Virus record (IMG/VR): IMGVR_UViG_3300035210_000116 | Direction: 5' to 3' (one strand) | Length of the DNA: 64,000 bases | From: an uncultured virus (IMG/VR IMGVR_UViG_3300035210_000116) | Lineage: Duplodnaviria > Heunggongvirae > Uroviricota > Caudoviricetes | In this document: positions 1 to 11,421 of the stretch, piece after piece | How the letters are laid out: each line of letters opens with the position of its first letter | Numbering within the stretch: position 1 is the first letter of the stretch | The notes under the pieces: generated by a model | Seen by the model: only the letters and a program-made list of their open reading frames with translations | Database searches by the model: none | Told to the model about the DNA's origin: nothing | Program-made: the position numbers and the translations under genes

Positions 1-116
1 AATTACTTCGTTTTCTCCAAACTTATCACCCACCTTTACTTTCAAAGAGCTCATTGCTTACTCTTAGGATTAAAGACCCTAGTATAACATAGAAGGTCTA
101 CGGAATAGTAACTATG

Positions 117-2129
117 TTACTTGGTGTAGTTGTAGGCGTGTCCCCCCTCTGCATCAAGAGGAATGCCAGGGGCCCAGGTCGGTGATTTACGCATTGCGGT
201 AATGCCAAATGCCAAAGCTTCATCAGCTTCTTCTTTCTTAGCGAGGAATACAACTTCGTCATGAACAAGAAGAACTATACGATGTTTCTTAGCTATTTCA
301 AGAGCTTGTTCTGCCACGATTATCCTCGCTAGGCATTGGCATATATTCTCATCGAGCTTTGAGTGCCAAATACGCGTGTAGATTGCTCCAGTCTCCCGAG
401 AGAATCCGGTTTGGTATACCAGCTCAGAAAATTCCTTATCCTTAAAAGTATGGAAGTGAAGATTCTTATAATGCAGATATAGTTCATTCGGCATGAAGAT
501 CTTGTCATCACAGATGCCTAGTAGATTCTGTACTTTGAAGCCAGTTTGTTTCGCGGCCATCATAACTAGAGCATGCTTTAGAATGTCCCAGCCCTCGATG
601 ATCTTGTTTCTTTTAGCCCTATAGAAGTCAACAGCTGCTATAGCTCCCTCTGGAGTCATCGGAACAACTTCCCCGATAATGGATCCAGACAGACAACCAT
701 CGAGATATTTCTTCCAGCCCATCCCAAATCCTAGGCCAAGCTCCATGGCTTTACCTACTGGGCGTAAGTGTGCATTAATACCATCTTGGTGCTTTGAATG
801 CTTACGTACAGTAACTCCATATAGTGCGGAGGCAAGGGCTGCGTATGGATCATCACCATTAGCAAACAAATTAAGAAGGTCAGTCTGTCCCCACAACCAG
901 GCATTGACTCTAGCCTCAATTTGCGAGGAATCGGCGACCACAAGTACATATCCAGGAGGAGCAGTAATAGCTTCGCGGAGCCTAGAACCACGCCCATCTC
1001 TACCTGAGGGAAGATTTTGGAGGTTGATTTTATCCCAACCACTCCACCTCATAGTATGTGCCCCACAATACTTAAGTGGAACACAAAGAGGTTTTGTACC
1101 AGCATCTGTTGCAATAAGAAAGCTTTCTGCCCTAGTTTTGCGAATCGTTGACTTAAGTCCTGTCCAAGCTGCAACTAGGTCTGATACGCGCGAATCTTCG
1201 CCAAGATTCATAAGCTCTATATCATTTTTGGCAAAAGCATAGGTATAGACTGGAGAACCATCATCGTTATATTTCAGCTCTCCCTTTGTCGTTTTTGCAT
1301 GCTTCATTGGTGGTACTACACCACGCGATTTAATAAGTTCTGCAAAACATGGGCGGGAACGCATTAATCCCGTAGTACCTTTGTCCACAACTATTTGCCG
1401 ACATTTAGACGACAGTTGGGCGTCTTTTATTAAACTCGATTCTAGTAATGACTTTAGTCTGATATCTTCTTCTTCAATCTCAGCTCGGCATAAACCGGCA
1501 TTGACTTCAAGTATAGGAACAGTAAAAGCACGAATAGTTATGTCGATGATATGAAGTTCAACTTCTGGAAAACCTCTATCATAGTATAAGATTTCAAAAG
1601 CTGAGCGCGTCTGCTCAGAGTCTCTTATGGCATAAGGAATTAGCGCAGTCTCTTGTTCACTACTAAGTATGCGTATTCCAGAGGTTTCTTCTAGAACACC
1701 TTCAAGTTTACCAGGTAGATTCAAGCGTTTACAGAGATTCTTTAGGCTACCACTTTCATGAACGCCCCACTCTCCATAAGACATGCTCATAGTATCAAGA
1801 TAATAGTCTGCTTCAATTCCATAATGCTCGTAGGCTAAAAAGCCATCGAAGGCGCAATTATGTGAGAGCCATGCAAAACGTTGTTTTTTTAGCTCATTGA
1901 AAAACGCTTGAAGTTTATAGTGCGTAATCCATCCAGACTTACCCTCTGGATCTACATAACTAAACCCGTGGCAATAAAATCTTGGATCTCGTATATACAT
2001 GCAAGTTGTTAATCCCTTATTTCTTAAGGAATAACCTGAGGGATTGTTTTCATAATACGTTTCAGCGTCCAAAGTGAAAACGGGTAAAGATTCTCCCAGT
2101 GAATTTTTTACGGTTAAAATTTTACCCAA
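117..2129 (-). CDS. DNA polymerase, family A, with 3'-5' exonuclease domain
   Basis: Exonuclease motifs DAET, HNCAFD, YAIRD; polymerase motifs NLQNLP, ADSSQIEAR (A), R..GKAMELGLGFGMG (B), LVHDE (C). Confidence 0.95.
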   Translation of the reverse strand: MGKILTVKNSLGESLPVFTLDAETYYENNPSGYSLRNKGLTTCMYIRDPRFYCHGFSYVDPEGKSGWITHYKLQAFFNELKKQRFAWLSHNCAFDGFLAYEHYGIEADYYLDTMSMSYGEWGVHESGSLKNLCKRLNLPGKLEGVLEETSGIRILSSEQETALIPYAIRDSEQTRSAFEILYYDRGFPEVELHIIDITIRAFTVPILEVNAGLCRAEIEEEDIRLKSLLESSLIKDAQLSSKCRQIVVDKGTTGLMRSRPCFAELIKSRGVVPPMKHAKTTKGELKYNDDGSPVYTYAFAKNDIELMNLGEDSRVSDLVAAWTGLKSTIRKTRAESFLIATDAGTKPLCVPLKYCGAHTMRWSGWDKINLQNLPSGRDGRGSRLREAITAPPGYVLVVADSSQIEARVNAWLWGQTDLLNLFANGDDPYAALASALYGVTVRKHSKHQDGINAHLRPVGKAMELGLGFGMGWKKYLDGCLSGSIIGEVVPMTPEGAIAAVDFYRAKRNKIIEGWDILKHALVMMAAKQTGFKVQNLLGICDDKIFMPNELYLHYKNLHFHTFKDKEFSELVYQTGFSRETGAIYTRIWHSKLDENICQCLARIIVAEQALEIAKKHRIVLLVHDEVVFLAKKEEADEALAFGITAMRKSPTWAPGIPLDAEGGHAYNYTK

Positions 2130-2743
2130 TGTCCTGCTCCTCTTTTAGCCATTTGCCATACGTCTTATCTAGTGCGAGCATACTCTTGTAAAGTTTGTCT
2201 CTGTATTTTTCTTCTGGCAATTCTCCAGAAACTATCTCAGCAATTGCGGAAGCATGATTAAATGCTCCGAATAGGAATAAAACTCCATACTGCAGATCCT
2301 TTAGGGTTCTGCCGCTATACTTGCCAGAGTTGATTAATTCTTCAACTTTCTCAGCAATTTGACGTATCTTCAACTCTTGAAAGTCGAAGTAATCATTGGT
2401 CATGCTAATACTAGTCCTGGGCCTGCAACAGCCTGAATGAATACTATGGCAGCTTGTACTACTTTGACTAGTATAGTTAAGAACGAGAATAAGAAACTCA
2501 TTAAATCGTCTCCGAAGTCTCTAGAAAGGTTTGCGCCGCGATCAAGGAACGCTGTGCCAGCGTTGTATATTCTTTTTCACCTGGTACATTAGCAATATTT
2601 ACACGACGAGCATAAATATCAAACGCAAGAGATATTACGAATTGCTTGCGTATTGCAGCAGCTTGTTGATTTTCCAGTAGGCGCTCTGCAGCATTCGGAG
2701 GGAGAATGAGATTTGTTACATCTGCCATTTCATGTATCCTATG

Positions 2744-3016
2744 TTATTTACAAGCAGCTATGTGCTCATAGACTAGTTGTGGTTTGAAGTAAGGGTAGTT
2801 ATCTTCTGTTACACCAATGTGAAACATATAAACCCTATATTTTTGTGTACGCAATCCTACATGTCCAGATTTGCCTCTTGTTGCTCCCCATTTAGCGTCA
2901 TCAAGAGTATCAAAGAAACCATTGTAGTTACCGGGACCATACCAGTTTCTTAGGGTTCCATCCTCTTTAAAAGCTCGGTAGATTATATCGACTTTGGCTT
3001 TGGAATGATCAAACAT
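2744..3016 (-). CDS. Hypothetical protein, paralog of 3391-3693
   Basis: Both share TLxxAKxxAxR, YxVxxxHIG and YFxPxxV blocks. Confidence 0.65.
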   Translation of the reverse strand: MFDHSKAKVDIIYRAFKEDGTLRNWYGPGNYNGFFDTLDDAKWGATRGKSGHVGLRTQKYRVYMFHIGVTEDNYPYFKPQLVYEHIAACK

Positions 3017-3350
3017 CTTTTACAAACTGCCCGTTAATTGTTTGCCCTTTTCTTGCTTGAATCTTATTATAAGCAGCAAACAAGGCATCTCTAAGATCAG
3101 TATCATCGCAGGCTGCTACCATGACTAATGTAACTAGAACATCACCTAACTCTAAGAGCCATTTAGTATAGTTTTCCTCGGATGCATTTACTTGCAGATC
3201 TTCAAAAGCCTCCTTGAATTCTACTACTTCTGATTCAAACTTATCAAATTGACGCTTCATGTTTCCGGGATGTACGATATTTTTATTGTATCCCCATTCT
3301 TTTACTGCATCAGCAATTTGATCAAAACTCCAATTATTATCTTCTTCCAT
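3009..3350 (-). CDS. MazG-like nucleotide pyrophosphohydrolase
   Basis: KFESEVVEF...ELGDVLVTL...AYNKIQARKG...NGQFVK pattern typical of phage MazG-like proteins. Confidence 0.85.
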   Translation of the reverse strand: MEEDNNWSFDQIADAVKEWGYNKNIVHPGNMKRQFDKFESEVVEFKEAFEDLQVNASEENYTKWLLELGDVLVTLVMVAACDDTDLRDALFAAYNKIQARKGQTINGQFVKDV

Positions 3351-3390
3351 TGTTTTTCCTAATTTGGTTAATTAATTGAGATCGAAGTGC

Positions 3391-3693
3391 TTATACATAT
3401 TTAAAAAACACTATTTCAGGTAGAAAATAAAGTAGGCTGCTGGAAGAATCACCGATGTGAAGTTTCCACACCTCATATCGTAGTAGATTTTTCCGTGCAG
3501 CACTTCGTTTAGCACCAGCTAATGTGCCATGAATCTTGTGCCCGTCACCAAGTCCTATGTAGTCGCAGAACCAACTAGTGATTAATCCCGTCGGTACACT
3601 GTACTTATAGGTTGGATAATCAAAGATCTTTATTCTGTACCCAATGTCTTGGTGTTTAAGAGTAGGTGCTGTTATTGCAATTGTGTTAACCAT
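3391..3693 (-). CDS. Hypothetical protein, paralog of 2744-3016
   Basis: Shared blocks as listed for 2744-3016. Confidence 0.6.
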   Translation of the reverse strand: MVNTIAITAPTLKHQDIGYRIKIFDYPTYKYSVPTGLITSWFCDYIGLGDGHKIHGTLAGAKRSAARKNLLRYEVWKLHIGDSSSSLLYFLPEIVFFKYV

Positions 3694-4717
3694 CGTTTTT
3701 CAGTAAGTACTCGTTGTTAATAACCTTAAATGACGTCGCACCATCTGCCGATTTGAATACCAACCCTTCAATTGAAGGCATAGAAGGAAATTTTGTCCGG
3801 TTAATTAACTCCGGCAAAGCTAGAATTGATTCCATATCTGTAATACCTAATTCAGGCAGTGTAAAATTCAACCCAAGAGTAGGAACATGGTTCAAAAAAT
3901 GTGCTTCGCAAAATGCCGTACGTTCAATATGCGGTAAATAACACTGGTTGTCAATATCCCAAATGTCAAAGATGTAAATTTGTACATTGAGATAACCTGC
4001 TCTATTTCTTTGAACCCCTGGTCCTGCAAGTTCTCCTTGTACTGCAAGATTTCGACCACAGGCTTCTAGTGCCTTAATGATCCCTGAATTCTGTGCCGCA
4101 TGTATGAACGCATTCCCTGAATTTTCGGGATCCATTTTTAGATCTATGTTGTGAGAACAGACTCCAACTACTCCATCTTTTAAATAGCCTGTTATTGAAC
4201 TTCCATCAACTTTCAGAGAGATTTCATACTTAGTCTCTTGGTCAAGTAGTACCTCAGGAATATTTTGTATACGCGTTTGACTTGTGCGATGTACAAAATA
4301 TGGAAAATTGCCTTTACCTAAACCCCTCATATTTTCGGGTAGTGCGCGCTCCCACTTAAGCACGCCGAGTAGCTCAGTGAGGTCCATGCCCTCGACAAAT
4401 TTGGCATGCGGCCAATCAGGAAGTTTTAGCAGCAGTCCCTGTGATAATTGTCCACGTAAGCGAACTGTACGTAGTCTTTCACCTTGAACTTCTTCAAAAA
4501 CCTTTGGAGAATGCCCAGGTTTTGTAAGAAATGGAGCGAGTTCTGTTGGTACCCAACTATCCACCTCAAAATATAGCACTAATTCATCGGTCTTAAAATC
4601 ATCTTTTTTTACAACACACATCCAGCCATCTACTCTGGCGACCTGGATACTATCCGCGCCTTCAATTGGATTAATTTCTGCGATACGTCGTATTGTTGCT
4701 AGTCTTCTCTCAGACAT
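3686..4717 (-). CDS. ATP-dependent RNA ligase, DRB0094/Rnl2-like family
   Basis: N-terminal RLATIRRI..I.PIEGAD.I domain, adenylation motif KVDGSS, QGEL, FDI, EGLVFK, SFKVINNEYL. Confidence 0.9.
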   Translation of the reverse strand: MSERRLATIRRIAEINPIEGADSIQVARVDGWMCVVKKDDFKTDELVLYFEVDSWVPTELAPFLTKPGHSPKVFEEVQGERLRTVRLRGQLSQGLLLKLPDWPHAKFVEGMDLTELLGVLKWERALPENMRGLGKGNFPYFVHRTSQTRIQNIPEVLLDQETKYEISLKVDGSSITGYLKDGVVGVCSHNIDLKMDPENSGNAFIHAAQNSGIIKALEACGRNLAVQGELAGPGVQRNRAGYLNVQIYIFDIWDIDNQCYLPHIERTAFCEAHFLNHVPTLGLNFTLPELGITDMESILALPELINRTKFPSMPSIEGLVFKSADGATSFKVINNEYLLKNDG

Positions 4718-4726
4718 AGTATCCTC

Positions 4727-5431
4727 TTAAACAACGGTAAATTTACAATGGCCCGAACCACCAGAATCATGACTGCGGTAAGGACAAAATCCACACCTAA
4801 ACTGTGATGGAATCGGGCGGTAAAATTTATCTTCCATAATGATGTCTATGCGCGACAAAAAATTTTGTTGTAATCTTGCTACACTGTTATATCCATAGGT
4901 AGGAAGAGGGACAGTGTAGTCATTCTCTGGGAAATGTAAGACTAGTTGCCATTCACCGATTTCTGGGTGCTTTGCGCTTTGTCCTACCAAAAAAAATTCT
5001 AACTCATCTCTGTAGCGCGTTAAACCATAATCTGGATTTGCAAATTTCCAATCAGCGATCAGCACTTTTGTAGGACCTGTCCACGCACAGTCTATTCTAG
5101 AAGATACATAATCTCCTTCGGGTTTGCATGGAATTGGATTAAACCCCGTGTCAAAGAAATCTTGTACTTCAATCTGAACTTCTCCTTGTGGTAAGTCATG
5201 AAAAAATGCAATCGTATCAGTAATGTATGGAAATTCATCTATTTCATGTTTTAGATAAGCCGCGACATCATTATGTAGTTGAATTCCTCGTACTCTTCTT
5301 GAAGGTTCTTTTTCAGCATTTAATTCCTCTTCAGACTTTGCTATAAGTACTTTTTGAATGTTTTTGAAGAAAAAACTTCTTGGGCATTGAAAAGTATATG
5401 GCGCAATAAATCCATTATAACTTATATGCAT
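4727..5431 (-). CDS. PD-(D/E)XK Cas4-like exonuclease
   Basis: N-terminal CPR, RG..LH, RID...IADWK, C-terminal CGFCPY...C cysteine cluster. Confidence 0.8.
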   Translation of the reverse strand: MHISYNGFIAPYTFQCPRSFFFKNIQKVLIAKSEEELNAEKEPSRRVRGIQLHNDVAAYLKHEIDEFPYITDTIAFFHDLPQGEVQIEVQDFFDTGFNPIPCKPEGDYVSSRIDCAWTGPTKVLIADWKFANPDYGLTRYRDELEFFLVGQSAKHPEIGEWQLVLHFPENDYTVPLPTYGYNSVARLQQNFLSRIDIIMEDKFYRPIPSQFRCGFCPYRSHDSGGSGHCKFTVV

Positions 5432-5855
5432 TTAACCTCTTCCTGTGCGGCGTGTCCATACTCCATAGCATGTGAACATTCTGTTTTGTGCCTTTTTGGT
5501 TTCAGCAACATATAGTTTCTCGTTTTCATTAGCAACGTATTGAGCGGCTATTTTCTCTGCTTCCCAGAAGTCTAAGAGACTATGAGGTGACTTCTTGCGC
5601 TTATCTAGTTCCGCGAGAATGATCACTAGTGCTTGTTGTAAGTTCATTTTAGCCCCCTAGCGTGTGCCGAATCCACGTTCCATTAACATTTATCAGAGTA
5701 TTTTTTGATACTCCTATGCTTGTTATTTCTACATTTGAGTTAGTAGCATGATGTTTGGCAATTGCTTTTGCTACTAGAAATTCTGCTGGAGTGTGATTAA
5801 TTTCTCGCTTATCTAGTTCCGCGAGAATGATTACTAGTGCTTGTTGTAGGTTCAT
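5432..5855 (-). CDS. Two tandem paralogous small proteins (5432-5647 and 5649-5855)
   Basis: Identical N-termini MNLQQALVIILAELDKR; both end with G.W.R.T..G. Confidence 0.75.
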
Positions 5856-6239
5856 GCTATAAGATTTTCGAGTTCTGTTGTTGGTGGATCTGGAAGTGGT
5901 GGTATGTCAGCTTCTTCCTTTACATTTGCGGCATACCACTTCTTGGCAAAAGAAAATCGTACTGCGTCTAAATGTTCTGCAGCATCGTGTCTTTCTTCTA
6001 ATCTCGCCGCTTGGTATTTATAATAGGCCTCTTGACATGGTAGATTGTGAAATTCTGCTACTACATATGCTTGTTTGTATTCTATATTAGGAAAAGAACA
6101 TGTGTTGTAACTTGAGTTTTTGGACGTAGCAAAAACGAGTTCGATAAGCAACTAAGTAGCTAGCATGATAGTAGGGTTAGTATTTTGCTTGTTCATTTGT
6201 TGTCTCCTTATGAAAGCAATTAAGCGCGACAGCGCACTC

Positions 6240-8609
6240 TTATTTTTCCCGAACGTCGCGAACTACTTCGAGTTTCCTTTCTCTCTGTGCCCAACGTGCT
6301 TTGTCTTCATCTCCTGGATGAAATACAAAGTATGTGCCAGCGAAGACGACATTCCCTTCTCTAGCGGTTTTGCCGCGTAGATCAAGGCCGAATCTTGCCG
6401 AAGCCTTTGTGAATTTACCGGGTTTGTCGCTAGCCCAACCGGCCAGAAACTCGAATATGCGGCTTAGCTCTTTGAGAGATAAAGCGACTTTTCCGCCACG
6501 CATCATTTTTTCGACAATCCCAGTATACATTATGGTCTCCATTGTCGCTGGAACTGGTCCTAGTGGCGGAACATATTCAGCAAAGAAACCAGCATTACCA
6601 GCGTCGAGTGCTTGGACAATATCTTCCGGAAGACTTTGTGTAACTCGCATGATAGCTTCTTTGGCCTTATTAGCCAAAGGTCTTCTAACTTTGACAACGT
6701 CAACAGCATAGCTGTAAAGACCATTGGCAAAATCTTGAAGATTCTGAGGCTGATAGAGGAACCCATGCTCATCATCGAATAGTTCATACTCGTCATACAC
6801 CCAAGGCGCTTCTACTAATGGGATCTCCTGTCTAGGTGCCACATTGAATCGCCTATCTTGAAAGCGAATCTCCACCACGTTGTGCTCATTACCCGCAATG
6901 ATCAATCCAAAGTACAACTCGGCATTTTCCCATGCCTTCCGCATTTCTCTCATACCAGATTCGCCATCGATAAGACTCCGAAGCTTTGGAGTCATCTTGT
7001 TAGCATCCCATGAATCCGTGGTTAGCTCATCCAAGAATACTATCTGTGCTTCCTTCAAATGACCATTGAACTTATCCTCGATGCCCTCTGGTCCAGTAAC
7101 CACGCAATGGGCCCCAAACAGCATCTTCAGGGTTCGTATGAGTCTTCCCTTGCCTGTGCCATATGTTCCACCGAGGACCCATGCGGTCTTTGGTCGCTTA
7201 CCGGTTTGCCAGATGTAACTTAGCCAGTTCAAAAAATAGTATGCCGCTTCCGCATCGTTTCCACAGACATGAAGAATTAGATCCCAATATGTTGGCGGTA
7301 TTGGCTGACCATTATTCACAGAGTTTATGCGATACGTAGTAGGTCGATATGTATTGATTGTTTTTGTTTCAGAATTTACAATCTCCGTACTCGTTGGAGT
7401 AAACGAGACTGACCAGTCTTCGATAACCTCTGGCATTGGCAATCCATGCAGCGTGCACCAATCACTAGCATGTTTTAAAGTTGGACACGGCTCAACCTTT
7501 ACGCCGTTTGCTAACTCGAGAGTAATTTTTTGATACTGTCCTGTATCTGCCCTATTTATGAGCCAGCGTTGAACCTTGTTTACTTCGTTTTTTGGGTTAT
7601 GCGCCTCAAGTTTAAGAGTTTTAGCTCGGTTCTTCGCAATTCTGTAGTATTCTGTGGCGCATTCCTTAAGTAGAACTGGCGGTTCTCCGCGGAAGTTATG
7701 CAGAATCTCCGGATTAGCTGTTAAATAGTAGTAGCCCCACGAAGCACTTCCATTAATGTTGGTACGCGTAAAAATACCATCTGCCTTTTCGCCAGTTACA
7801 GATAGCTTATCTGGATTAGCTAATACTTCAATAGACTCAGATTTTACAAACTTTGTCGTGAATTTCCTTTCAACTAGCCCTTTTGTTTTTCGCAGCTGAA
7901 GCAATAACTCCATAGCTTGCGCATCAACCCCACCCGGGATATCTCCCGAGATGGTAGCTTTTCGTCTTGTACCTTTTACCAGCGTAATACGCTCGGCCAC
8001 AGGGTCAGGTCCGCCTGAGATAGTTGGAACTCCAATGTAGATCAACCTACTAAGATCTGCTACGCAAATATCCACGGGTAGATGCAAAGCCATACCAGTC
8101 CTTGTCAAGGATATTTGATTCCTTATCGCTGAGATAGTTAGGTTTTTTGATTTTAACCACAGTTTCAAAGCTTCTGGCGCGATAGTATTCTCAAGCAGCA
8201 TGAAAACATGTGCTGACAAACCTGCTTTGATTCCATGACTAGCTGAATACTGAAGAATGTAATCCACAGAACCTAGACCAAGATCCACTAGAACGTCATC
8301 AATTGACTGACGGCCTAGTTCAAATCCATCAAAGTCAATGACTAACCATTCAGTTGTTGATGCTGCGGTAAGTCCCGCCCGAGATTCTTGTCTAATTGCT
8401 CTGGTTAAATTGCCGCGTAGGAGGGCGTGTCCATCAGTTGAGTGCTTAACAAGCACCGTATGAAATTCTTCGATCGTGTTGATCGATTCATCATGGCTGG
8501 TACATGCTGATACTAATGGGTATGGTATAGAACTCCATTCTCCTGGTGCTTTCAGTATTAAGGTTTTTGTTAGTCTTTTTTCTGCCGACAAGAAAGTCAA
8601 ACGTATCAT
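6240..8609 (-). CDS. Primase-helicase (AEP/prim-pol-like N-terminus, SF3/D5-like helicase C-terminus)
   Basis: LVIDFDG and SASHG..HVF motifs; Walker A GGTYGTGKG, Walker B VFLDE, IIAGN, DRRF. Confidence 0.85.
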   Translation of the reverse strand: MIRLTFLSAEKRLTKTLILKAPGEWSSIPYPLVSACTSHDESINTIEEFHTVLVKHSTDGHALLRGNLTRAIRQESRAGLTAASTTEWLVIDFDGFELGRQSIDDVLVDLGLGSVDYILQYSASHGIKAGLSAHVFMLLENTIAPEALKLWLKSKNLTISAIRNQISLTRTGMALHLPVDICVADLSRLIYIGVPTISGGPDPVAERITLVKGTRRKATISGDIPGGVDAQAMELLLQLRKTKGLVERKFTTKFVKSESIEVLANPDKLSVTGEKADGIFTRTNINGSASWGYYYLTANPEILHNFRGEPPVLLKECATEYYRIAKNRAKTLKLEAHNPKNEVNKVQRWLINRADTGQYQKITLELANGVKVEPCPTLKHASDWCTLHGLPMPEVIEDWSVSFTPTSTEIVNSETKTINTYRPTTYRINSVNNGQPIPPTYWDLILHVCGNDAEAAYYFLNWLSYIWQTGKRPKTAWVLGGTYGTGKGRLIRTLKMLFGAHCVVTGPEGIEDKFNGHLKEAQIVFLDELTTDSWDANKMTPKLRSLIDGESGMREMRKAWENAELYFGLIIAGNEHNVVEIRFQDRRFNVAPRQEIPLVEAPWVYDEYELFDDEHGFLYQPQNLQDFANGLYSYAVDVVKVRRPLANKAKEAIMRVTQSLPEDIVQALDAGNAGFFAEYVPPLGPVPATMETIMYTGIVEKMMRGGKVALSLKELSRIFEFLAGWASDKPGKFTKASARFGLDLRGKTAREGNVVFAGTYFVFHPGDEDKARWAQRERKLEVVRDVREK

Positions 8610-8898
8610 ACTAATTTTCCCCTTTTGGAATGATCGTCCGCTTTATACAAAGCAATAGTAAGACCGAAAAAGTATCAGTCAAAACGGCTGGCATAGTTCT
8701 CACCTAGAGCGGGGACGAAGGCTCTATTTTAACACTTTCGAGCCCTGCTTGCCGCTAGATCGTGTAGACTTCCCAGTTTTTGAGAACCTGTACATGCAAG
8801 CGATGGCTCCATCTAGATTACCACCTTCACCATTTAGTCTTTCAGTAAGCTCTCTGTTTATCCACAGGTTTTCTGCCTTTATGGTTAGACCCTCTTCG

Positions 8899-9072
8899 GA
8901 TTTGTAATGTAAAAACTAACTAAACCAGAACCGGGGTTGTTGTTGTTTTTTAGAAAAAAAACTTTAACTTTTGTAGAAAAACTACCTACAACTCCTTTTC
9001 TCTACTAAGAGCAAAAGAATCAATGGCTTACGGGTGTAAGTAAGAATCTTTCTAGATTACACGCTTACACCC
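8899..9072. repeat. Dispersed ~170-bp AT-rich repeat, copy 1 of 3
   Basis: TTGTAATGTAAAAA...TTTTTTAGAAAAAAAACTTTAACT...ACTAAGAGC...ATTACACGCTTACA recurs at 23754-23929 and 52291-52460. Confidence 0.9.
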
Positions 9073-9826
9073 TTGTTTTTTCTTACAGATGTGGATATCG
9101 CCACATTAAGAACCATACCAGTTTGAGTGCACCCCACCTCGTCAGCCGTTCTCGGATAAAGAAGTAGGTATCGATCAGATATCTTGGATGATTGAGCCTG
9201 TAGCATACGCCGGAGATAATCATTTCCGAGAGTCGATCGGCACTATCCTCCATAATTCCTGTCTTTATAAGCTCTTGTTTTAACCACTCTAAAGCTTCCT
9301 TTTTCTTCGCTGACTCGACAGTATGGTTAGGTTTTTTTCGCAGTATTTTCATCACATGATCCTGTTTGCAAAGGCGTTGAGATCGCCGGCGAATTTGTCT
9401 GCCGTGATCAGAGGTTGATTACTTTGGGCCTTCCATCGTTTATTTTCTTCGCGAAGATGCTCCAACGCCAGTTCAAACCCTTTTGCGGTATTTTCCGTGT
9501 TGTGGCGCAAGTTTACCAAACGCTTTTTTAGTTCCTCATTCTTCTTTACCTCACGGAAGTACAGGTGTTTGTAGACATTGTTCACGATGGTCGGTAAAGA
9601 CCACTGGTGAAATTTCGTGTGGATTTGTACAAAGGACCAGCCTTTGAGATATAGATCCCCCCAGTGGCTAATCGTTTCAGCATTTGGGCGAGGTTTCTTT
9701 TTCACAGTTGGCATGACTTCTTGGCCGCAAGGATTGTCTTGGCTACAAGAACCGCATTCAATAATTACGGTTTGTGTAAGGCAGTTTGTTTGAACACGCA
9801 CTATGGTTCTCAGTTTGTTAGTTTGT

Positions 9827-9914
9827 TGGTAGCCGTGACAGGGTTCGAACCTGCAAGCCGTTAAGGCTAGAAGATCTTAAATCTTCCGTGTACCGCCATT
9901 TCCACCACACGGCC
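9827..9914 (-). tRNA. tRNA-Leu(TAA)
   Basis: Cloverleaf, anticodon loop TTTAAGA, long variable arm, GTTCGAA T-loop, encoded CCA. Confidence 0.9.
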
Positions 9915-9922
9915 GTTATTTG

Positions 9923-10003
9923 TCTTCGACGAGAGATTCGAACTCTCAAGCCTTACGGCATGGCGTTCTAAGCGCCACGTGTATACCATTCCACCAGCCG
10001 AAG
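9923..10003 (-). tRNA. tRNA-Leu(TAG)
   Basis: Anticodon arm TGGCG-CTTAGAA-CGCCA, long variable arm, GTTCGAAT. Confidence 0.88.
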
Positions 10004-10009
10004 AATTTG

Positions 10010-10080
10010 AAAGCACTCCCAGAATTGAACTGGGTATAACGGATTTGCAATCCGCCGCATTACCGGTTTGCTAAGTGCTT
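10010..10080 (-). tRNA. tRNA-Cys(GCA)
   Basis: GCGGA-TTGCAAA-TCCGT anticodon arm, U discriminator. Confidence 0.88.
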
Positions 10081-10087
10081 ATTACTT

Positions 10088-10984
10088 TCAATGTCCTCTA
10101 AACCCTTTCGCTTCTAACGAATATGCGGTAGCATATGATTTAAGACCTTCCGAAGTGCGCTTTGTCTGCATTATCTGGCTGGTGGCCAAACCTAGTTGAG
10201 TGCTCGCTTCGGAGAAAGCGTTGATTCCAACACCAACGTAACCGATATCCCAACCTGCTGCTACTTTTCTAGCGACTAGTTCCTTGATGGCTTCCTTCGT
10301 TGTTTCCTTCGAGGAATTTTCCTCCCCATCGGTCATGATCCTGACCATTACATGGAAGTAGTCTGGGAGGGCCGTAAGCGCCTTAAAGACGGCATCCAGG
10401 AGGGATGTAGATCCGCTAGCATAAACCTGGTTGTTGCTGTACCCGATCGTCAGGGGCTGGACATACTTGAGCTGAACGCGGTTATATAGCACAGTATAGG
10501 CTGCACTAAACGCGATCAATGTAACATAGCACTCACCAGATAGTAGTTTTTGCTCTTCAATGAAGGTGTTAAAGCTGCCAACGGCGTCGGTTAGTATATT
10601 GCCCATTGAACCGGAAATATCCTGAACCCAGATGATATCCGTTAGCAGTGGTCTTGTACCTACTTCAGTCGTTACGCTGGAGTCATTCTCGTCAATGCGT
10701 ACATCGTCAACTGATGGGATTAGTTGATCTACAATGACAGGCGGTGGAAGAATTGGTCGGTAGGCTGCACGTAGAACATCGTTGATTTCATCGTTGATTT
10801 CAATGGTGTTCTTTTGCGGCACCCTCTTAGTGATAGGATTTATCCGTTCTTTATTGAGGAAGTCCTGGAAAAGAAGACCAGGCGGTGGAGGATCTACCAG
10901 CGGATCATCTATGATGATCTCACGGATGTAGGAGTTAGAATTAAGTGGTTGTAGCACTATGTTATCATCCTGTTGTTGTGGCAC
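10088..10984 (-). CDS. von Willebrand factor A domain protein (TerY-like) with low-complexity N-terminus
   Basis: MIDAS DISGSM, GSTSLLDA, MTDGEENSS. Confidence 0.85.
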   Translation of the reverse strand: MPQQQDDNIVLQPLNSNSYIREIIIDDPLVDPPPPGLLFQDFLNKERINPITKRVPQKNTIEINDEINDVLRAAYRPILPPPVIVDQLIPSVDDVRIDENDSSVTTEVGTRPLLTDIIWVQDISGSMGNILTDAVGSFNTFIEEQKLLSGECYVTLIAFSAAYTVLYNRVQLKYVQPLTIGYSNNQVYASGSTSLLDAVFKALTALPDYFHVMVRIMTDGEENSSKETTKEAIKELVARKVAAGWDIGYVGVGINAFSEASTQLGLATSQIMQTKRTSEGLKSYATAYSLEAKGFRGH

Positions 10985-11421
10985 AGTGTCTTCGACAAAA
11001 GACTGAAGTACTTGCGTTAAGGTTTTGTTGGCAAAACGAAACTAGTTTCTCTTGAAATGCCTATATTTATTGGCTTGAGTCAGCGGGGTTACCGCCACTC
11101 ATTATGCCAACTTTGGCTTTACAGCCGAAGTTTATCCAATAGGCGGTGCTACATTCAAGGTTGTCTACTCGTTGTCCATTGATGTAGATAGAGCACGATC
11201 CCCAACCATTATTGTCAGAGTCATACATCCCTTCCACGACCGAGAGTTGCGGCGTCCTCTTAGTGATAGGATTTATCCGTTCTTTATTGAAGAAGTCCTG
11301 AAAAGTACCACCTACTAGGATCACAGCAGCGAGACCCAGGAGTGCTGGAATGGCATATTCGCGCATATTATGGCATCTTGTTAAAAAGAGGCCCGTAGGA
11401 GATCCTACGGGCTAAGGGTGA

